The translations under genes and the position numbers were made by a program. A model generated the notes under the pieces. That model ran no database searches. It was not told the origin of the DNA and worked only from the letters and a program-made list of their open reading frames with translations. From assembly GCA_963806225.1 (NCBI GenBank), contig CAWDXG010000004.1, forward strand, positions 2,560,001 through 2,624,000: a stretch of 64,000 nucleotides of DNA, in the 5' to 3' direction. This stretch comes from an uncultured delta proteobacterium (GTDB taxonomy: Bacteria > Myxococcota_A > Polyangia > Polyangiales > Polyangiaceae). This document shows, one piece after another, positions 1-9,883 of the stretch (the first letter of the stretch is position 1; each line of letters begins with the position of its first letter).

Positions 1-627
1 GTCGGAGCCGAACTCCAGATCGTGGGTGCTGTCGTGCCACTCGCCCCAGCGCCCGATGAAGCCGGCCTGTAGCACGGCGATGACGTCCTGGTAGTCGTGG
101 AGCAGCGGCGCCAGCTGCTGGATGTGCCCGAGGACGACGTCGATGGGCGCGTCGGCACCGGTGCCGCTGCGGTTGTAGGCGAAGCGCAACACAGCCTTCA
201 CCGCCGTGCCGCGCCAGCCATCCATCTCCTTGGCCAGGGCGTCCAGGAAGGACTTCGGGAGCGCCGAGCTCTGGTAGGCGTCCAGCCGGACGAACCGCAT
301 GCTGAGCGTGGGGGTGGAAGCGACGGACGAGACGGGAGCGGGGGTCTTCGGGTCGGTGAAGCTGTCCTCCACGTACCAGCCGCGCTCGGGGTTCGGGAAA
401 TCGGTGGTGTCGTCGGCGGTGTAGCTGGACGTTTGCGAACCCGTGGCGGGAGGCGCAGCGTCCTGCAGCGTGGCGTCCGTCCCCGACGCGTCGGCAGCGG
501 GCGCCGCGTCCGCGTCGGGTCCCGCATCGGCCGCGGGCGGCGCCGCGTCGCGGCTGGCAGCAGAGTTGCCGCCGCCAGAGCAGGCTGCGAGGCAAAGCGC
601 GAGGAGCGTCGTCGACAGGAGCCGCAT
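1..627 (-). CDS. DUF4874/DUF4832-type lipoprotein (runs off the window start)
   Basis: Not in the ORF track; translated by hand from ATG at 627: MRLLSTTLLALCLAAC (lipobox), then FPNPERGWY, LRFAY and LQAGFIGRWGEWH motifs typical of this family. Confidence 0.75.
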   Translation of the reverse strand, partial: MRLLSTTLLALCLAACSGGGNSAASRDAAPPAADAGPDADAAPAADASGTDATLQDAAPPATGSQTSSYTADDTTDFPNPERGWYVEDSFTDPKTPAPVSSVASTPTLSMRFVRLDAYQSSALPKSFLDALAKEMDGWRGTAVKAVLRFAYNRSGTGADAPIDVVLGHIQQLAPLLHDYQDVIAVLQAGFIGRWGEWHDSTHDLEFGSD

Positions 628-691
628 CCCGGTAGAGTGCCAGGCCCCGAAGCCGACGGAAAGCGCGCGCGCCGTGCTACGCGTCTACCCG

Positions 692-1276
692 ATGGCCACG
701 GCCAGGCAGAGCAAGCGTTCCGCGCTGATGTCGCGGATCCGCGGGCGCAATACGGCGCCGGAGACGATCCTGCAGAAGGCGCTGTGGGCGGACGGCATGC
801 GCTACCGGAAGCACGCGCGCACGCCCGTGGGAAGGCCGGATGTGGTGTTTCCGGGGCGGCGCGTGGCGGTGTTCATCGACGGCTGCTTCTGGCACGGCTG
901 TCCGGAGCACTACGTCAGGCCGCGCACGCGCAACGCGTTCTGGGACGCGAAGCTCGCCGACAACGTGGCGCGCGATCGACGCCAGACGCTGGAGCTCGAG
1001 GCGCAGGGCTGGCGCGTGCTCCGCGTGTGGGAGCACGAGGTGTTCGAAGCGCTCGACGACGTCGTCGAGCGCGTCCGGAGCTGCTTCGAGGGCAAGGCGC
1101 TGCGGCGGCGCGCTTCGTGGCGCGTTCAGGAGGTCGAGGTGATCGACGCCGCCAGCGATCTCGAACGCCGCACGCTGGCCGACCTGCGTGTGGCCGAGAA
1201 GGTGCGCGTCGTCGAGCGCTACCGCACGACGGCGAGGTGGAAGCGCCCGGCGGACCTGTACCCGAAGCGGCGCTAG
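692..1276 (+). CDS. vsr: Very short patch repair endonuclease
   Basis: RSALMSRIRGRNTAPE, GRPDVVF, FIDGCFWHGCPEH, GWRVLRVWEHE; about 55 aa C-terminal extension. Confidence 0.92.
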   Translation: MATARQSKRSALMSRIRGRNTAPETILQKALWADGMRYRKHARTPVGRPDVVFPGRRVAVFIDGCFWHGCPEHYVRPRTRNAFWDAKLADNVARDRRQTLELEAQGWRVLRVWEHEVFEALDDVVERVRSCFEGKALRRRASWRVQEVEVIDAASDLERRTLADLRVAEKVRVVERYRTTARWKRPADLYPKRR

Positions 1277-1310
1277 CCGCCCTCGCCGGTGGCGGTCCTG
1301 CGCGTCTGCT

Positions 1311-2336
1311 ATGGTCCGGCCCGTGGGCTCCGTGACGCGGCTGGCGCGCGAAGGGACGCGCTATCTCGGCGCGGCGCTGGCCGGGCATCCACCGGCACTC
1401 GGCCTCGAGCGACGCGCCTATGCCCGGGCCGTGCTCTCGGCGCTGAGGCCGCACTTCTTCGTGTTCCCCGCGGGCGCCGTGCTCGCGGGTGCGGCGTCTG
1501 CCGCCACGGTGCGGGCGCCGGTGCACGTGGCACTGACCGCCGTCGCCGCCGGCCTGGGCTGGGGTGTGGGGCAGCTCGTCAACGACCTGCTCGACATCGA
1601 GGCGGACCGCGTCGACGCGCCGCATCGCCCCGCGCCGCGCGGCTTGCTGCCCGAAGGGCCTACGACTGCCATTGCGATGCTGCTCGGCGTCGCCGTGGCC
1701 GTCATCACCGTCGGCGCGCACGCCGCGATGCTCTGGCTGGTGCTCGCCGCCGTGGTGCTGCTGTTCGCGTATCAACCCGCCAAGGCGCATCCCGGGCTCG
1801 GCAACGTCGCCCACGGCGCCCTGATCGGCACGGCTGCGATGATCGGTCGCGCCGCAGCGCTGCCCGGGCTGGCGCTTGAAACGACGCTCGGCGCCGCCCT
1901 GCCCACGGCGCTGTCCTGTGCCGCCGTCGCCGCCCTGTACCTGCAGGCCAACTACGAGAAGGACCGCATCGGCGACGCGAAGGCCGGATACCGCACGCTG
2001 GCCCACGTGCTCGGCGTACGTGGCAGCGCGCTTGCCCGCGGGGCAGGCAGCGTCGCGTTCGCGGCGGTCGTGCTGCACGCCGGCATCGTGCACGGCACCA
2101 CGGGCGTGGCGCTTGTGGTCCTGGCGCTGATCGCGTCGCTCGGCTCCGCCCTCTACGCTGCCGCGCGCGGTACCGAAGCCGCCTCCCTCACCGGTTACCG
2201 CTGGGCGTGCCACGGCACGGCCGCCGCGATGCTCGCGCTCGCAGCGCCGCTGCTCGGCGCCGCTGGATCGGTCACAGCGTTGCTCGTGTCGGTCGCGCTC
2301 ACCGAACGGGCTTTCTCGCGGGCGGACAATCCGTGA
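1311..2336 (+). CDS. UbiA-family prenyltransferase
   Basis: Multi-TM protein with Asp-rich motifs NDLLDIEADRVDAPHRP and EKDRIGDAKAGYRTL; start codon approximate. Confidence 0.85.
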   Translation: MVRPVGSVTRLAREGTRYLGAALAGHPPALGLERRAYARAVLSALRPHFFVFPAGAVLAGAASAATVRAPVHVALTAVAAGLGWGVGQLVNDLLDIEADRVDAPHRPAPRGLLPEGPTTAIAMLLGVAVAVITVGAHAAMLWLVLAAVVLLFAYQPAKAHPGLGNVAHGALIGTAAMIGRAAALPGLALETTLGAALPTALSCAAVAALYLQANYEKDRIGDAKAGYRTLAHVLGVRGSALARGAGSVAFAAVVLHAGIVHGTTGVALVVLALIASLGSALYAAARGTEAASLTGYRWACHGTAAAMLALAAPLLGAAGSVTALLVSVALTERAFSRADNP

Positions 2337-2367
2337 TTTCGACCGTCGTGCTACAGCTCGACGCAGG

Positions 2368-3597
2368 ATGAGCCACGACGCCCCCTTCCCCGCTCGCGGT
2401 CGCTACGAGGACGGCTTCGAGCCGCTGGCACGGACATTCGCCGATCAGCTTGCGGACGGCAGCGAGGTGGGCGCCGGACTGACGGTGTACCAGCATGGAC
2501 GCCCGGTAGTGAACGTGTGGGGCGGGCTGGCCTGCGTCGCTACCGGCCGACCCTGGGAAGAGGACTCGCGGATCGTCGTGTTCTCCGTCACGAAGGGTCT
2601 GGCGGCGATGGCCATGTTGCTTCTCGCCGAGTGCGGGGCCTTCGAATGGGACGCCCCGGTCGCGACCTACTGGCCGGGCTTCGCGCGCGGCGGCAAACAA
2701 GGCATATCCGTACGCACGCTCCTGAACCACCGCGCCGGCCTGTCTGCGCTCGATCGCCCTTTGACCATGGCGGACTGCGTGCGCGAGGATGCCGCCGATC
2801 GGGTTCGTGACGCGCTGGAAGCGCAGCGGTCGAGGTGGGAGCCCGGGACCTCGCAGGGCTACCACGCCATCACGTTCGGGCTGTACGTGCACGAGCTTTT
2901 CGAGCGCATCGCCGGCGAGCCGATGGGCGCGTTCCTGAAGCGCGAGCTGTTCGATGTCGTCGAATCGGACGCGCGCCTGGGCACACCGCCGGAGCTCGAC
3001 GCGAAGGTGGCGACGCTCGTGCTCCCGACCGTGTACGAGCGACTCTCCGGGATGCTCCGCGCTACGCTGCGGCGGCCCGCTTCGCCCGAAGCGCGCGTGC
3101 TGCGCGCGATTGCGGCGCCGCGTTCGCTCGTGCGCGACACCTTCGGCAACCCGAAGCTCGATCGCCGTGGCCTGCGCGCCTACAACGAGCCACCGGTGCG
3201 ACGCGCCGAGCTCGCCTGGGCGTCGGCAACCGCCAGCGCGCGGGGTCTCGCGCGCGCCTACCTGCCCTTCGCTGGCGGCGGTGAGTACGGCGGCCACACG
3301 TTCGTCCGGGAGCAATCGCTCTCGCCTATCTACGCGCGCCAGAGCTGGTCCGGGAGGGATCTGGTGGTGCAGAAGCCGCTCGGTTGGTCGCAGGGCTTCC
3401 TCAAGGAAGAGGCCGGCGTCTTCGGCCCCACGCGCGAGGCCTTCGGACACGCCGGCATGGGCGGCACGCTCGGCTGGTGCGACCCGGTCCACGGGATCGC
3501 TCTCGGCTACGTGATGAACCGGATGGACTGGCGTATCCGGTCGTTGCGCGCGCTTTCACTGTGCCGGTCGCTCTACTCGTGCGAACCCGTGCTCTAG
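2368..3597 (+). CDS. Serine hydrolase, beta-lactamase-like family (EstB-type esterase)
   Basis: FSVTK (SxxK), LLNHRAGL, GYHAITFG, FGHAGMGG. Confidence 0.9.
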   Translation: MSHDAPFPARGRYEDGFEPLARTFADQLADGSEVGAGLTVYQHGRPVVNVWGGLACVATGRPWEEDSRIVVFSVTKGLAAMAMLLLAECGAFEWDAPVATYWPGFARGGKQGISVRTLLNHRAGLSALDRPLTMADCVREDAADRVRDALEAQRSRWEPGTSQGYHAITFGLYVHELFERIAGEPMGAFLKRELFDVVESDARLGTPPELDAKVATLVLPTVYERLSGMLRATLRRPASPEARVLRAIAAPRSLVRDTFGNPKLDRRGLRAYNEPPVRRAELAWASATASARGLARAYLPFAGGGEYGGHTFVREQSLSPIYARQSWSGRDLVVQKPLGWSQGFLKEEAGVFGPTREAFGHAGMGGTLGWCDPVHGIALGYVMNRMDWRIRSLRALSLCRSLYSCEPVL

Positions 3598-4670
3598 ACG
3601 GGGACCACGAGCGCCGTCGCCAGCGCTTCGAGGATCGCGCGCGGGTCCGCCGTGCGCAGCGCCGGCAGCCCCCGCACGGGTAGCTTCGCGGAAGCGAGAT
3701 CGGCGAGCCGCTCGTGGGCGATCCGCGTCTGCAACGCGCGGGCGACGAATTCGGAGCGGTACGCGCGGAGCGCCGGACCCAGCTCTGGATCCGCGCCCTC
3801 GTCGAACGCCTCGAGCCACGGCGGGATCTCGTCGACGGCGCGGTTCAGCAGGATTTCACTCGGCGACAGCGACCGCGCGCGGAGCTCGTCGACCAGGTAT
3901 GCGGCGTCGTCGAGGGACGAGCCACTGGGGGCGCTCACGATCACGTAGCGCGTGTCGGGGCTCCGCATGCGCCGTTCCACGCTCTGGACCAGCGAGAGCC
4001 AGCGACCACGCACCGGCACGAATTCCGCGAACAGCGCCCCGATGTCGCGGATCGCCTGGGCGCCGACGATGTGGCTCACAAGATTGCCGACGCGCTTTTT
4101 CCCCCAGGAAATCAGACCACGCTCGCCCGGACGTTCGTCCAGCGCCACTCCGGCCAGGCGCGCGAGGCCCGCCACCCACTCCAGCGAGCGCGCTTCCAGC
4201 ATGCGCCCGAGCCGGGCTGGATAGTCGAGGAACTCGAGCGCGTGACGGGAGGGTGCGGTATCGAGCACGACCTCGTCGTAGAGTCCGCTTCCGAGCTCGT
4301 GATCCACGAACGCGATGCTGATGAGCTCGTGCACGCCGGCCAGGGAGTTGCCGAGCTCGCGGTACATGCCATTTTCGCGAACACGGCGGAGCGCCTCCGG
4401 GTCCTCGAACAGCCACTCGGCGAAGCGGTCCACCGAGTGGCGCGAATCCGGCATGCGCGCGTGCAGCGCCGTGCCACCCACTTCGACGCGGCACGCCTCG
4501 GTCCCGATCTCGACGCCCAGGGCGTCGGCCAGGCGCCGTGCGGGATCCACGGTGACGACCAGCACGCGCCGGCCAGCCCGCGCCTGGGCGAGGCCGAGCG
4601 CGGCGCTGGTCGTCGTCTTGCCGACTCCACCGCCACCCAGCACCACGGTGAGCGCTGCGCCGTCGCTCAC
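3594..4670 (-). CDS. ArsA/Get3-family ATPase (second of pair)
   Basis: GGGGVGKTT P-loop, TVDPARRLADALG, LDTAPSRHALEFL. Confidence 0.9.
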   Translation of the reverse strand: MSDGAALTVVLGGGGVGKTTTSAALGLAQARAGRRVLVVTVDPARRLADALGVEIGTEACRVEVGGTALHARMPDSRHSVDRFAEWLFEDPEALRRVRENGMYRELGNSLAGVHELISIAFVDHELGSGLYDEVVLDTAPSRHALEFLDYPARLGRMLEARSLEWVAGLARLAGVALDERPGERGLISWGKKRVGNLVSHIVGAQAIRDIGALFAEFVPVRGRWLSLVQSVERRMRSPDTRYVIVSAPSGSSLDDAAYLVDELRARSLSPSEILLNRAVDEIPPWLEAFDEGADPELGPALRAYRSEFVARALQTRIAHERLADLASAKLPVRGLPALRTADPRAILEALATALVVPV

Positions 4671-5527
4671 GTCGTGACCCCGACCAGCGCCGCGAAGCTC
4701 CGCGGTTCCGGGTCCGCGAACAGATCAGGCACCTCGGCGACTCTCGCCCCGGCGATGCCGCGAAGGGAGGCGAGCGCCAGCGCCGTCTCGGACTGCGTTG
4801 CCGCGTCCGCCGACAGCGCGTCGGACAGCGGCGCGTAGCGCGGGTCGGTCTTCGCTCTTCGAGCCGCCGCTTCCAGCTCGGAGGCGCTGGGCCGACGCGG
4901 CACGCGATTGACGATCACGAGATCGGGAGTGCGATCGAGCTCGGAGACGAGCCGCTCGCACAGCTCACCAGTCTCGCTCGCGACCACCGGTTCGGCGGTG
5001 CTCACGACCACGATGGCGCTGCGGTCGGGGCTCAGCACTTCATCGAGAATGGCGCGGCACATCTTCGCGGCCGGCCCGGTGCGCAGGAATCGTTCGGCCG
5101 CAGCCACGACCCTGAGCCAGTCCACCGCATGACCGGTCGCGGGCAGATCGACGATCACGCGCGCGCCGGGGATCTCGTGGGCCAGGGTGCGGACTCGCTC
5201 CAGCGCCACGAGCTCCCGCACCGCGGGCACGGCCTGCATCACGCGCTTGAGCGCCCGCTGGCGCACGATCACCCGGGCGAGCAAGCGGCTCGAGATCATG
5301 CTCGCAATGGCGTCCGCCAGAGCATCCAGGTACTCGATCGTGACCGTGCGCACGCCCTGCGCCTGGCTGCCGAGCGCGCGCGCCGCCGCATGCATTCCCT
5401 CGAATTCCACGAGCTGGGCCTGGCCCCCTCGATCCGCTTCCGCCCGCGCCAGGGCTGCGGCCACCGTGCTCTTGCCGACACCGCCCTTGCCGGTGACGAA
5501 TACGATCTGCTGCTTCGGGGAGAACAT
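4667..5527 (-). CDS. ArsA/Get3-family ATPase (first of pair)
   Basis: VTGKGGVGKST, VDLPATGHA; 4-nt overlap with the next gene. Confidence 0.88.
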   Translation of the reverse strand: MFSPKQQIVFVTGKGGVGKSTVAAALARAEADRGGQAQLVEFEGMHAAARALGSQAQGVRTVTIEYLDALADAIASMISSRLLARVIVRQRALKRVMQAVPAVRELVALERVRTLAHEIPGARVIVDLPATGHAVDWLRVVAAAERFLRTGPAAKMCRAILDEVLSPDRSAIVVVSTAEPVVASETGELCERLVSELDRTPDLVIVNRVPRRPSASELEAAARRAKTDPRYAPLSDALSADAATQSETALALASLRGIAGARVAEVPDLFADPEPRSFAALVGVTT

Positions 5528-5763
5528 GAGCCGGCCTTACGTCCTAGGCCGGACGGCGCCAGGTTAGAAGGGGGCTCGGGCAACAATTCCCCGTCCGCTC
5601 CGCCGGGGCCCCGCAGATAGAACCCCGGGCTCGAGGCGTGGCGGCGCCGAGGATGCGCAGGGACGACGGATCCTGGGCGTAGGCGGCGACATGCACGTCG
5701 GAGGCGTGGAGGTCGGCGGGATGGGCGTTGCGGCAGGCCGGCCCCGGAGCAAACATGGGCTGC

Positions 5764-6783
5764 ATGAAAGCGCTGGTGCTCCGCAATGCCTTCGGTCTCG
5801 ACAATCTTTCCATCGAAGAACGGCCCGAGCCCGAGCCGGGCCCAGGTCAAGTGCTGCTGCGGATGCGCGCCGCCTCGCTCAACTTCCGCGACATCCGCAT
5901 GGTGGAGGGGCTGTACAACCCCAGGCAGGCGCTGCCCCTGATACCGGCCTCCGACGGCGTGGGTGAAGTCGTCGAGCTTGGCGAGGGGGTCGAACGCGTG
6001 GCGGTGGGCGACCGGGTGTGTCCGCTGTTCGCGCAAGGCTGGATGGCCGGCGGACCGCGACGGGAGCGCATCCGCCGCACTCTAGGCGGACCGCTCGACG
6101 GCACGCTCGCGGAGTACATGGTGGTGGACGCCGAGAGCGTGGTGCTCGCGCCGGGGCACATGAGCGACGAACAGGCCGCGTGCCTGCCGTGTGCGGGCGT
6201 CACGGCCTGGAGTGCGCTGGTCACGACGGGCGGCGTGAAGCCGGGAGATGTGGTCTTGACAGAGGGTACGGGCGGCGTGTCGATCTTCGCAGTGCAGATC
6301 GCCAAGCTGCTCGGCGCGCGCGTGATCGCTACCAGCAGCAGCGACACGAAGCTGGAGCGCGTGCGCGAACTCGGCGCCAGCGAGGTCATCAACTACAAGA
6401 CGGACCGCGAGTGGGGAAAGACGGCGCGCGGACTCACGGCCGATGGGCGCGGCGTGGATCACGTGGTGGAGGTGGGCGGCGGCGCTACGCTTCCGCAGGC
6501 GCTCAAGGCGATCGCACCCGGAGGACAGATCAGCATCATCGGTGTGCTGTCGGGGGTGGCCACGGATCTTTCGCTGCTGCCGATCCTGATGAACGGCATC
6601 CGGCTGCAGGGCGTCTTCGTTGGGCACCGCGACGCCTTCGAGGCGCTGGTGCGGGCGTGTGAAGTGGACCAGCTCGACCCGGTGATCGAACGCGTGTATC
6701 CGCTCGAAGAAGCGCGCGACGCCTTCGAGCACATGAAGAGCGGCGGCCAGTTTGGCAAGATCTGTCTCCGCACGGCGGAATGA
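5764..6783 (+). CDS. NAD(P)-dependent alcohol dehydrogenase/quinone reductase (MDR family)
   Basis: AASLNFRD, PASDGVGEV, LPCAGVTAW, GTGGVS, GQFGKI. Confidence 0.92.
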   Translation: MKALVLRNAFGLDNLSIEERPEPEPGPGQVLLRMRAASLNFRDIRMVEGLYNPRQALPLIPASDGVGEVVELGEGVERVAVGDRVCPLFAQGWMAGGPRRERIRRTLGGPLDGTLAEYMVVDAESVVLAPGHMSDEQAACLPCAGVTAWSALVTTGGVKPGDVVLTEGTGGVSIFAVQIAKLLGARVIATSSSDTKLERVRELGASEVINYKTDREWGKTARGLTADGRGVDHVVEVGGGATLPQALKAIAPGGQISIIGVLSGVATDLSLLPILMNGIRLQGVFVGHRDAFEALVRACEVDQLDPVIERVYPLEEARDAFEHMKSGGQFGKICLRTAE

Positions 6784-6855
6784 GGCGGTCGCGGGCCGCT
6801 CGAGCCCCGGTGGGGGGATGAACGCAGGCCCGGGAGCAAGCATCGTACCCAGCTG

Positions 6856-7452
6856 ATGACGCCGAGATCCCACCGGCAACCGGGCGAATTCACTACGCGG
6901 AGCGTCCGCCACGTGCTCCTGCTCGCGCTCCTCTTGGCCGCTCCGGGCCTCGGCTGCGCCGGCACGCCGGCCGGCGACGGCCGGCCGCCGAACGCGCCCG
7001 AGTATGCGGAACGCACACCCCCGCCCTCGGCCGACGGAGTCGTGCTGGACACTCCCGATCGCCACGCCGAGGTGAAGGACCCCGAGGCCGCGATCGCGCA
7101 GATAGGACAGCAGGCCCAGCTGGTCGAACGCGAGCTGCGCGTCGCTCGCGGCAAGCACGCGACGCAGACCGCGGACTGCATCGACGACAAGCTCAGCCAG
7201 ATCCACGCGCAGGAGCGCATGGGCGTGGACCAGTCCAAGGTGCTCGCGGACGCGAAGTCCAGCTCGGACGCCACGCGGGAGCAGCAGGCCCGTGTGATGA
7301 TCGGCGTCGCCCGCGATCGCGCAGAGCAGCTGGCCCGCGAGGCCGACCGCTGCGGCGCCCGCGTGTCGAGCGGCAGGTCCCGGGTCGACGTGCAGGTCGA
7401 CCGGACCCAGGCGGCGTCGATGAATCCGATGCCCGTGATCCCGGCGCGGTAG
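6856..7452 (+). CDS. Hypothetical lipoprotein
   Basis: Hydrophobic signal ending GLGC; helical region with CIDDKLSQI; start uncertain. Confidence 0.6.
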   Translation: MTPRSHRQPGEFTTRSVRHVLLLALLLAAPGLGCAGTPAGDGRPPNAPEYAERTPPPSADGVVLDTPDRHAEVKDPEAAIAQIGQQAQLVERELRVARGKHATQTADCIDDKLSQIHAQERMGVDQSKVLADAKSSSDATREQQARVMIGVARDRAEQLAREADRCGARVSSGRSRVDVQVDRTQAASMNPMPVIPAR

Positions 7453-7500
7453 TCCCGGTGTAAGCAGCGCTCCGCCCGCCCGTTGTCCCGGGCGGAGGCG

Positions 7501-9030
7501 ATGATGCGAAACCAGATCCTGACCGCGACGGCGACCCTGTTTGCCCTGAACCTGGCCGCGTGTGCCGCGAGCATGAAAGCCGGGACGACGACCGCGCCGC
7601 GGGCGGAAGCGCCGGCGGAGGCCGCAGCGATGGCCCCCGGCGGCGCGCCCGCTCCCGTGGCGGAGCCGGCGCCGATGGGCCCCGTCGCCCCGGCAGACGA
7701 GGGGGCCGCGACGAAGCCGAGCACGGCCGACGCCGAGGAGGCACCCGTCGCTGCCGCGCCGCCGGCGCCAGCCATGGCCGCAGGCGGAGCCGCGCGCGCC
7801 GACAGGCGCGTCGCCTCGCGCACTACCGCACACGGTTACCGCGCCCCGGCGAAGAAAGCCGGCGGCGCTGTAGAGCACACGACGGTCGCGCGCCGTACGC
7901 GGCCCGCGATTGCGCACTCCGGCGTGAAGGCCGGCGAGTGGGATGACAACGCGAACTACAACGAGTTCAAGCACTACCTGTCCACCGAGGACGGCGTCGG
8001 CTTCCGCCGCGTGGACGTGCGCTCGCGCCGCTTCCTTGTCGTACAGGACCAGAACGGAAAGGGAGTGCCGAACTGCCGCGTCACGGTCAGCGATTCGCGG
8101 CAGCGCCGGACCACGCTCACCACGACGGCGTCGGGCCGCGCGATCCTGTTCCCGTTCGCCGAGGGTCTGTCGTCCGGGAAGTTGACGGCCACCACGCACT
8201 GCCTCGGCACGACCGCCTCGAAGAGCTTCAGCACGGTCGGAAGCGACGGCGTCGTCGACCTGAAGCTCGGCAAGGCGCGGCAGCTCGCCTCACGCCCCAC
8301 GGTGGACATCGCCTTCGTGCTCGACACCACGGGCTCGATGTCGGAGGAGATCGCGGCGGTCAAGCAGACCATCCGCCAGGTGGCGGCCAAGCTCGACAAC
8401 CGGCAGATGAACGTCCGCATCGGCCTGGTCGAGTACAAGGACCGCACCGACCCGCAGGTGACGCGCGTCTACCAGATGTCGAGCGACGTGCGCGGCTTCT
8501 CCCGCGTCGTTTCGCACCTCAGCGCCGACGGCGGCGGCGACCGCCCCGAGTCCGCCAACGCCGGGCTGCACGCCGCGCTGACGAAGCTTGCCTGGAGTCC
8601 GCGCTCCGCCGTACGGATGGCATTCCTGATCGGCGATGCACCGCCCCACCTCGACTACGCGAACGACACCAGCTACACGGTGAGCATGCGCGACGCCGCG
8701 CACCGCGGCGTGCAGCTGTTCACCATCGCCGCCTCCGGCATGGGGGATCTGGGCCAGGTCGTGTGGCGGCAGATCGCCCAGTACACCGGCGGGACCGAGA
8801 TGTTCGTGCTGCGCGGCGGAGCCGGCCCGCAGTCGACCGGCGGCGGAGATCCGAAGTCGAGCTGCGGCGGCACGCAGACGGCCTACCAGAGCGGCAACCT
8901 GGACGCGCTCATCATCCAGAAGATCCGCCGCCAGGTCCGCGCCCTGGACGAGAGCCCCCTCAGCATCGCGGGACTCGACGGCGACGAGAACGCCAAGCCC
9001 TGCTCGGAGCGGCTGGTGCTGGCGAAGTAG
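7501..9030 (+). CDS. VWA-domain lipoprotein
   Basis: Lipobox LAAC, Ala/Pro linker, KAGEWDDNANY, MIDAS-like FVLDTTGSM, GGGDRPE, LIGDAPPH. Confidence 0.88.
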   Translation: MMRNQILTATATLFALNLAACAASMKAGTTTAPRAEAPAEAAAMAPGGAPAPVAEPAPMGPVAPADEGAATKPSTADAEEAPVAAAPPAPAMAAGGAARADRRVASRTTAHGYRAPAKKAGGAVEHTTVARRTRPAIAHSGVKAGEWDDNANYNEFKHYLSTEDGVGFRRVDVRSRRFLVVQDQNGKGVPNCRVTVSDSRQRRTTLTTTASGRAILFPFAEGLSSGKLTATTHCLGTTASKSFSTVGSDGVVDLKLGKARQLASRPTVDIAFVLDTTGSMSEEIAAVKQTIRQVAAKLDNRQMNVRIGLVEYKDRTDPQVTRVYQMSSDVRGFSRVVSHLSADGGGDRPESANAGLHAALTKLAWSPRSAVRMAFLIGDAPPHLDYANDTSYTVSMRDAAHRGVQLFTIAASGMGDLGQVVWRQIAQYTGGTEMFVLRGGAGPQSTGGGDPKSSCGGTQTAYQSGNLDALIIQKIRRQVRALDESPLSIAGLDGDENAKPCSERLVLAK

Positions 9031-9033
9031 CCG

Positions 9034-9780
9034 TCACTTCTTGTCGGGCTTCTCGCACGCGATGTTGCCGTCCGCGGTGGAGCACTTCCTGCCGCGCTTG
9101 CACTTCTCGTCGCTCGTGAACTTGCCGCGATCGCACTTGACGATACCTTTCCTGTCGGCACTGCACGCGATCCGGCCCTGCACGGACTTGTCACAGGGGT
9201 CGCCTTCCTTGGCGACCGACATGTCGCAGCCGAGCTTTCCGCCGGCAGCCACCGTGCAGCCGTCCTCGCCGCGACAGTAGTTCACGAGCGTCATCTTGCC
9301 GTTCTGGCACGCCAGGAGCTGGGTTCCGTCCGTGCTGCACGCCTTGGAGCCCGGGTCGTGGCAGCTATCGCCGGGCACCGAGATGGACGTGTCGCACTTG
9401 GCGCGGGCGGCCTCCGTCTGGCAGCCCTCTGGCCCGCGGCACTTCTGAAGCCGGTACTTTCCGCCACGGCAGGAGATCATCTGCTTCTTGCCCAGGCACA
9501 CTGCGGCGCCCTCGTCGTCGGTCGAGCAGGCATCACCGGGCTTGTTCTTCGATATGTCGCAGCTGACGCCGGCATCCGTGCGCGCACAGCCTTTCGGGCC
9601 GCGGCACGGCGTCGCGATGTAGTGGCCCTGTTGGCAGGCCAGCTGGGTGTGGTGGTCCTGACAGCGCGCCTCGCCCTTGTCGCAGGAGCTGCCGACCCTT
9701 GGCCTGCAGCCAGCGAAAGCGAGCATCGATAGACAGAAGAGGAAGGCGAGGCGGACGGGATTGCGGGGATGGGCGGGCAT
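9034..9780 (-). CDS. Cys-rich repeat lipoprotein
   Basis: Lipobox FAGC; about three C-R-G-x-x-G-C / CDxS repeats. Confidence 0.75.
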   Translation of the reverse strand: MPAHPRNPVRLAFLFCLSMLAFAGCRPRVGSSCDKGEARCQDHHTQLACQQGHYIATPCRGPKGCARTDAGVSCDISKNKPGDACSTDDEGAAVCLGKKQMISCRGGKYRLQKCRGPEGCQTEAARAKCDTSISVPGDSCHDPGSKACSTDGTQLLACQNGKMTLVNYCRGEDGCTVAAGGKLGCDMSVAKEGDPCDKSVQGRIACSADRKGIVKCDRGKFTSDEKCKRGRKCSTADGNIACEKPDKK

Positions 9781-9883
9781 GGTCGTGCTCGTCGGTTCAG
9801 TGCCCGGTCCGGGCGGCAGTTGACGAAAGGCAGCCGCGACATTACCCAGCTTCATCCCAACCGCAAACCAAGAGGAGGGCAGC

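Noticed and set aside
1311..2336. Bacteriochlorophyll synthase indicating phototrophy
   Set aside because: Only generic UbiA motifs are visible and there are no bch, puf or crt genes in the window
2368..3597. Beta-lactam resistance gene
   Set aside because: No signal peptide; motifs fit the cytoplasmic EstB-type esterase branch
3594..5527. Arsenic resistance operon
   Set aside because: No arsB, acr3, arsC, arsD or arsR, and the proteins are single-domain rather than fused ArsA
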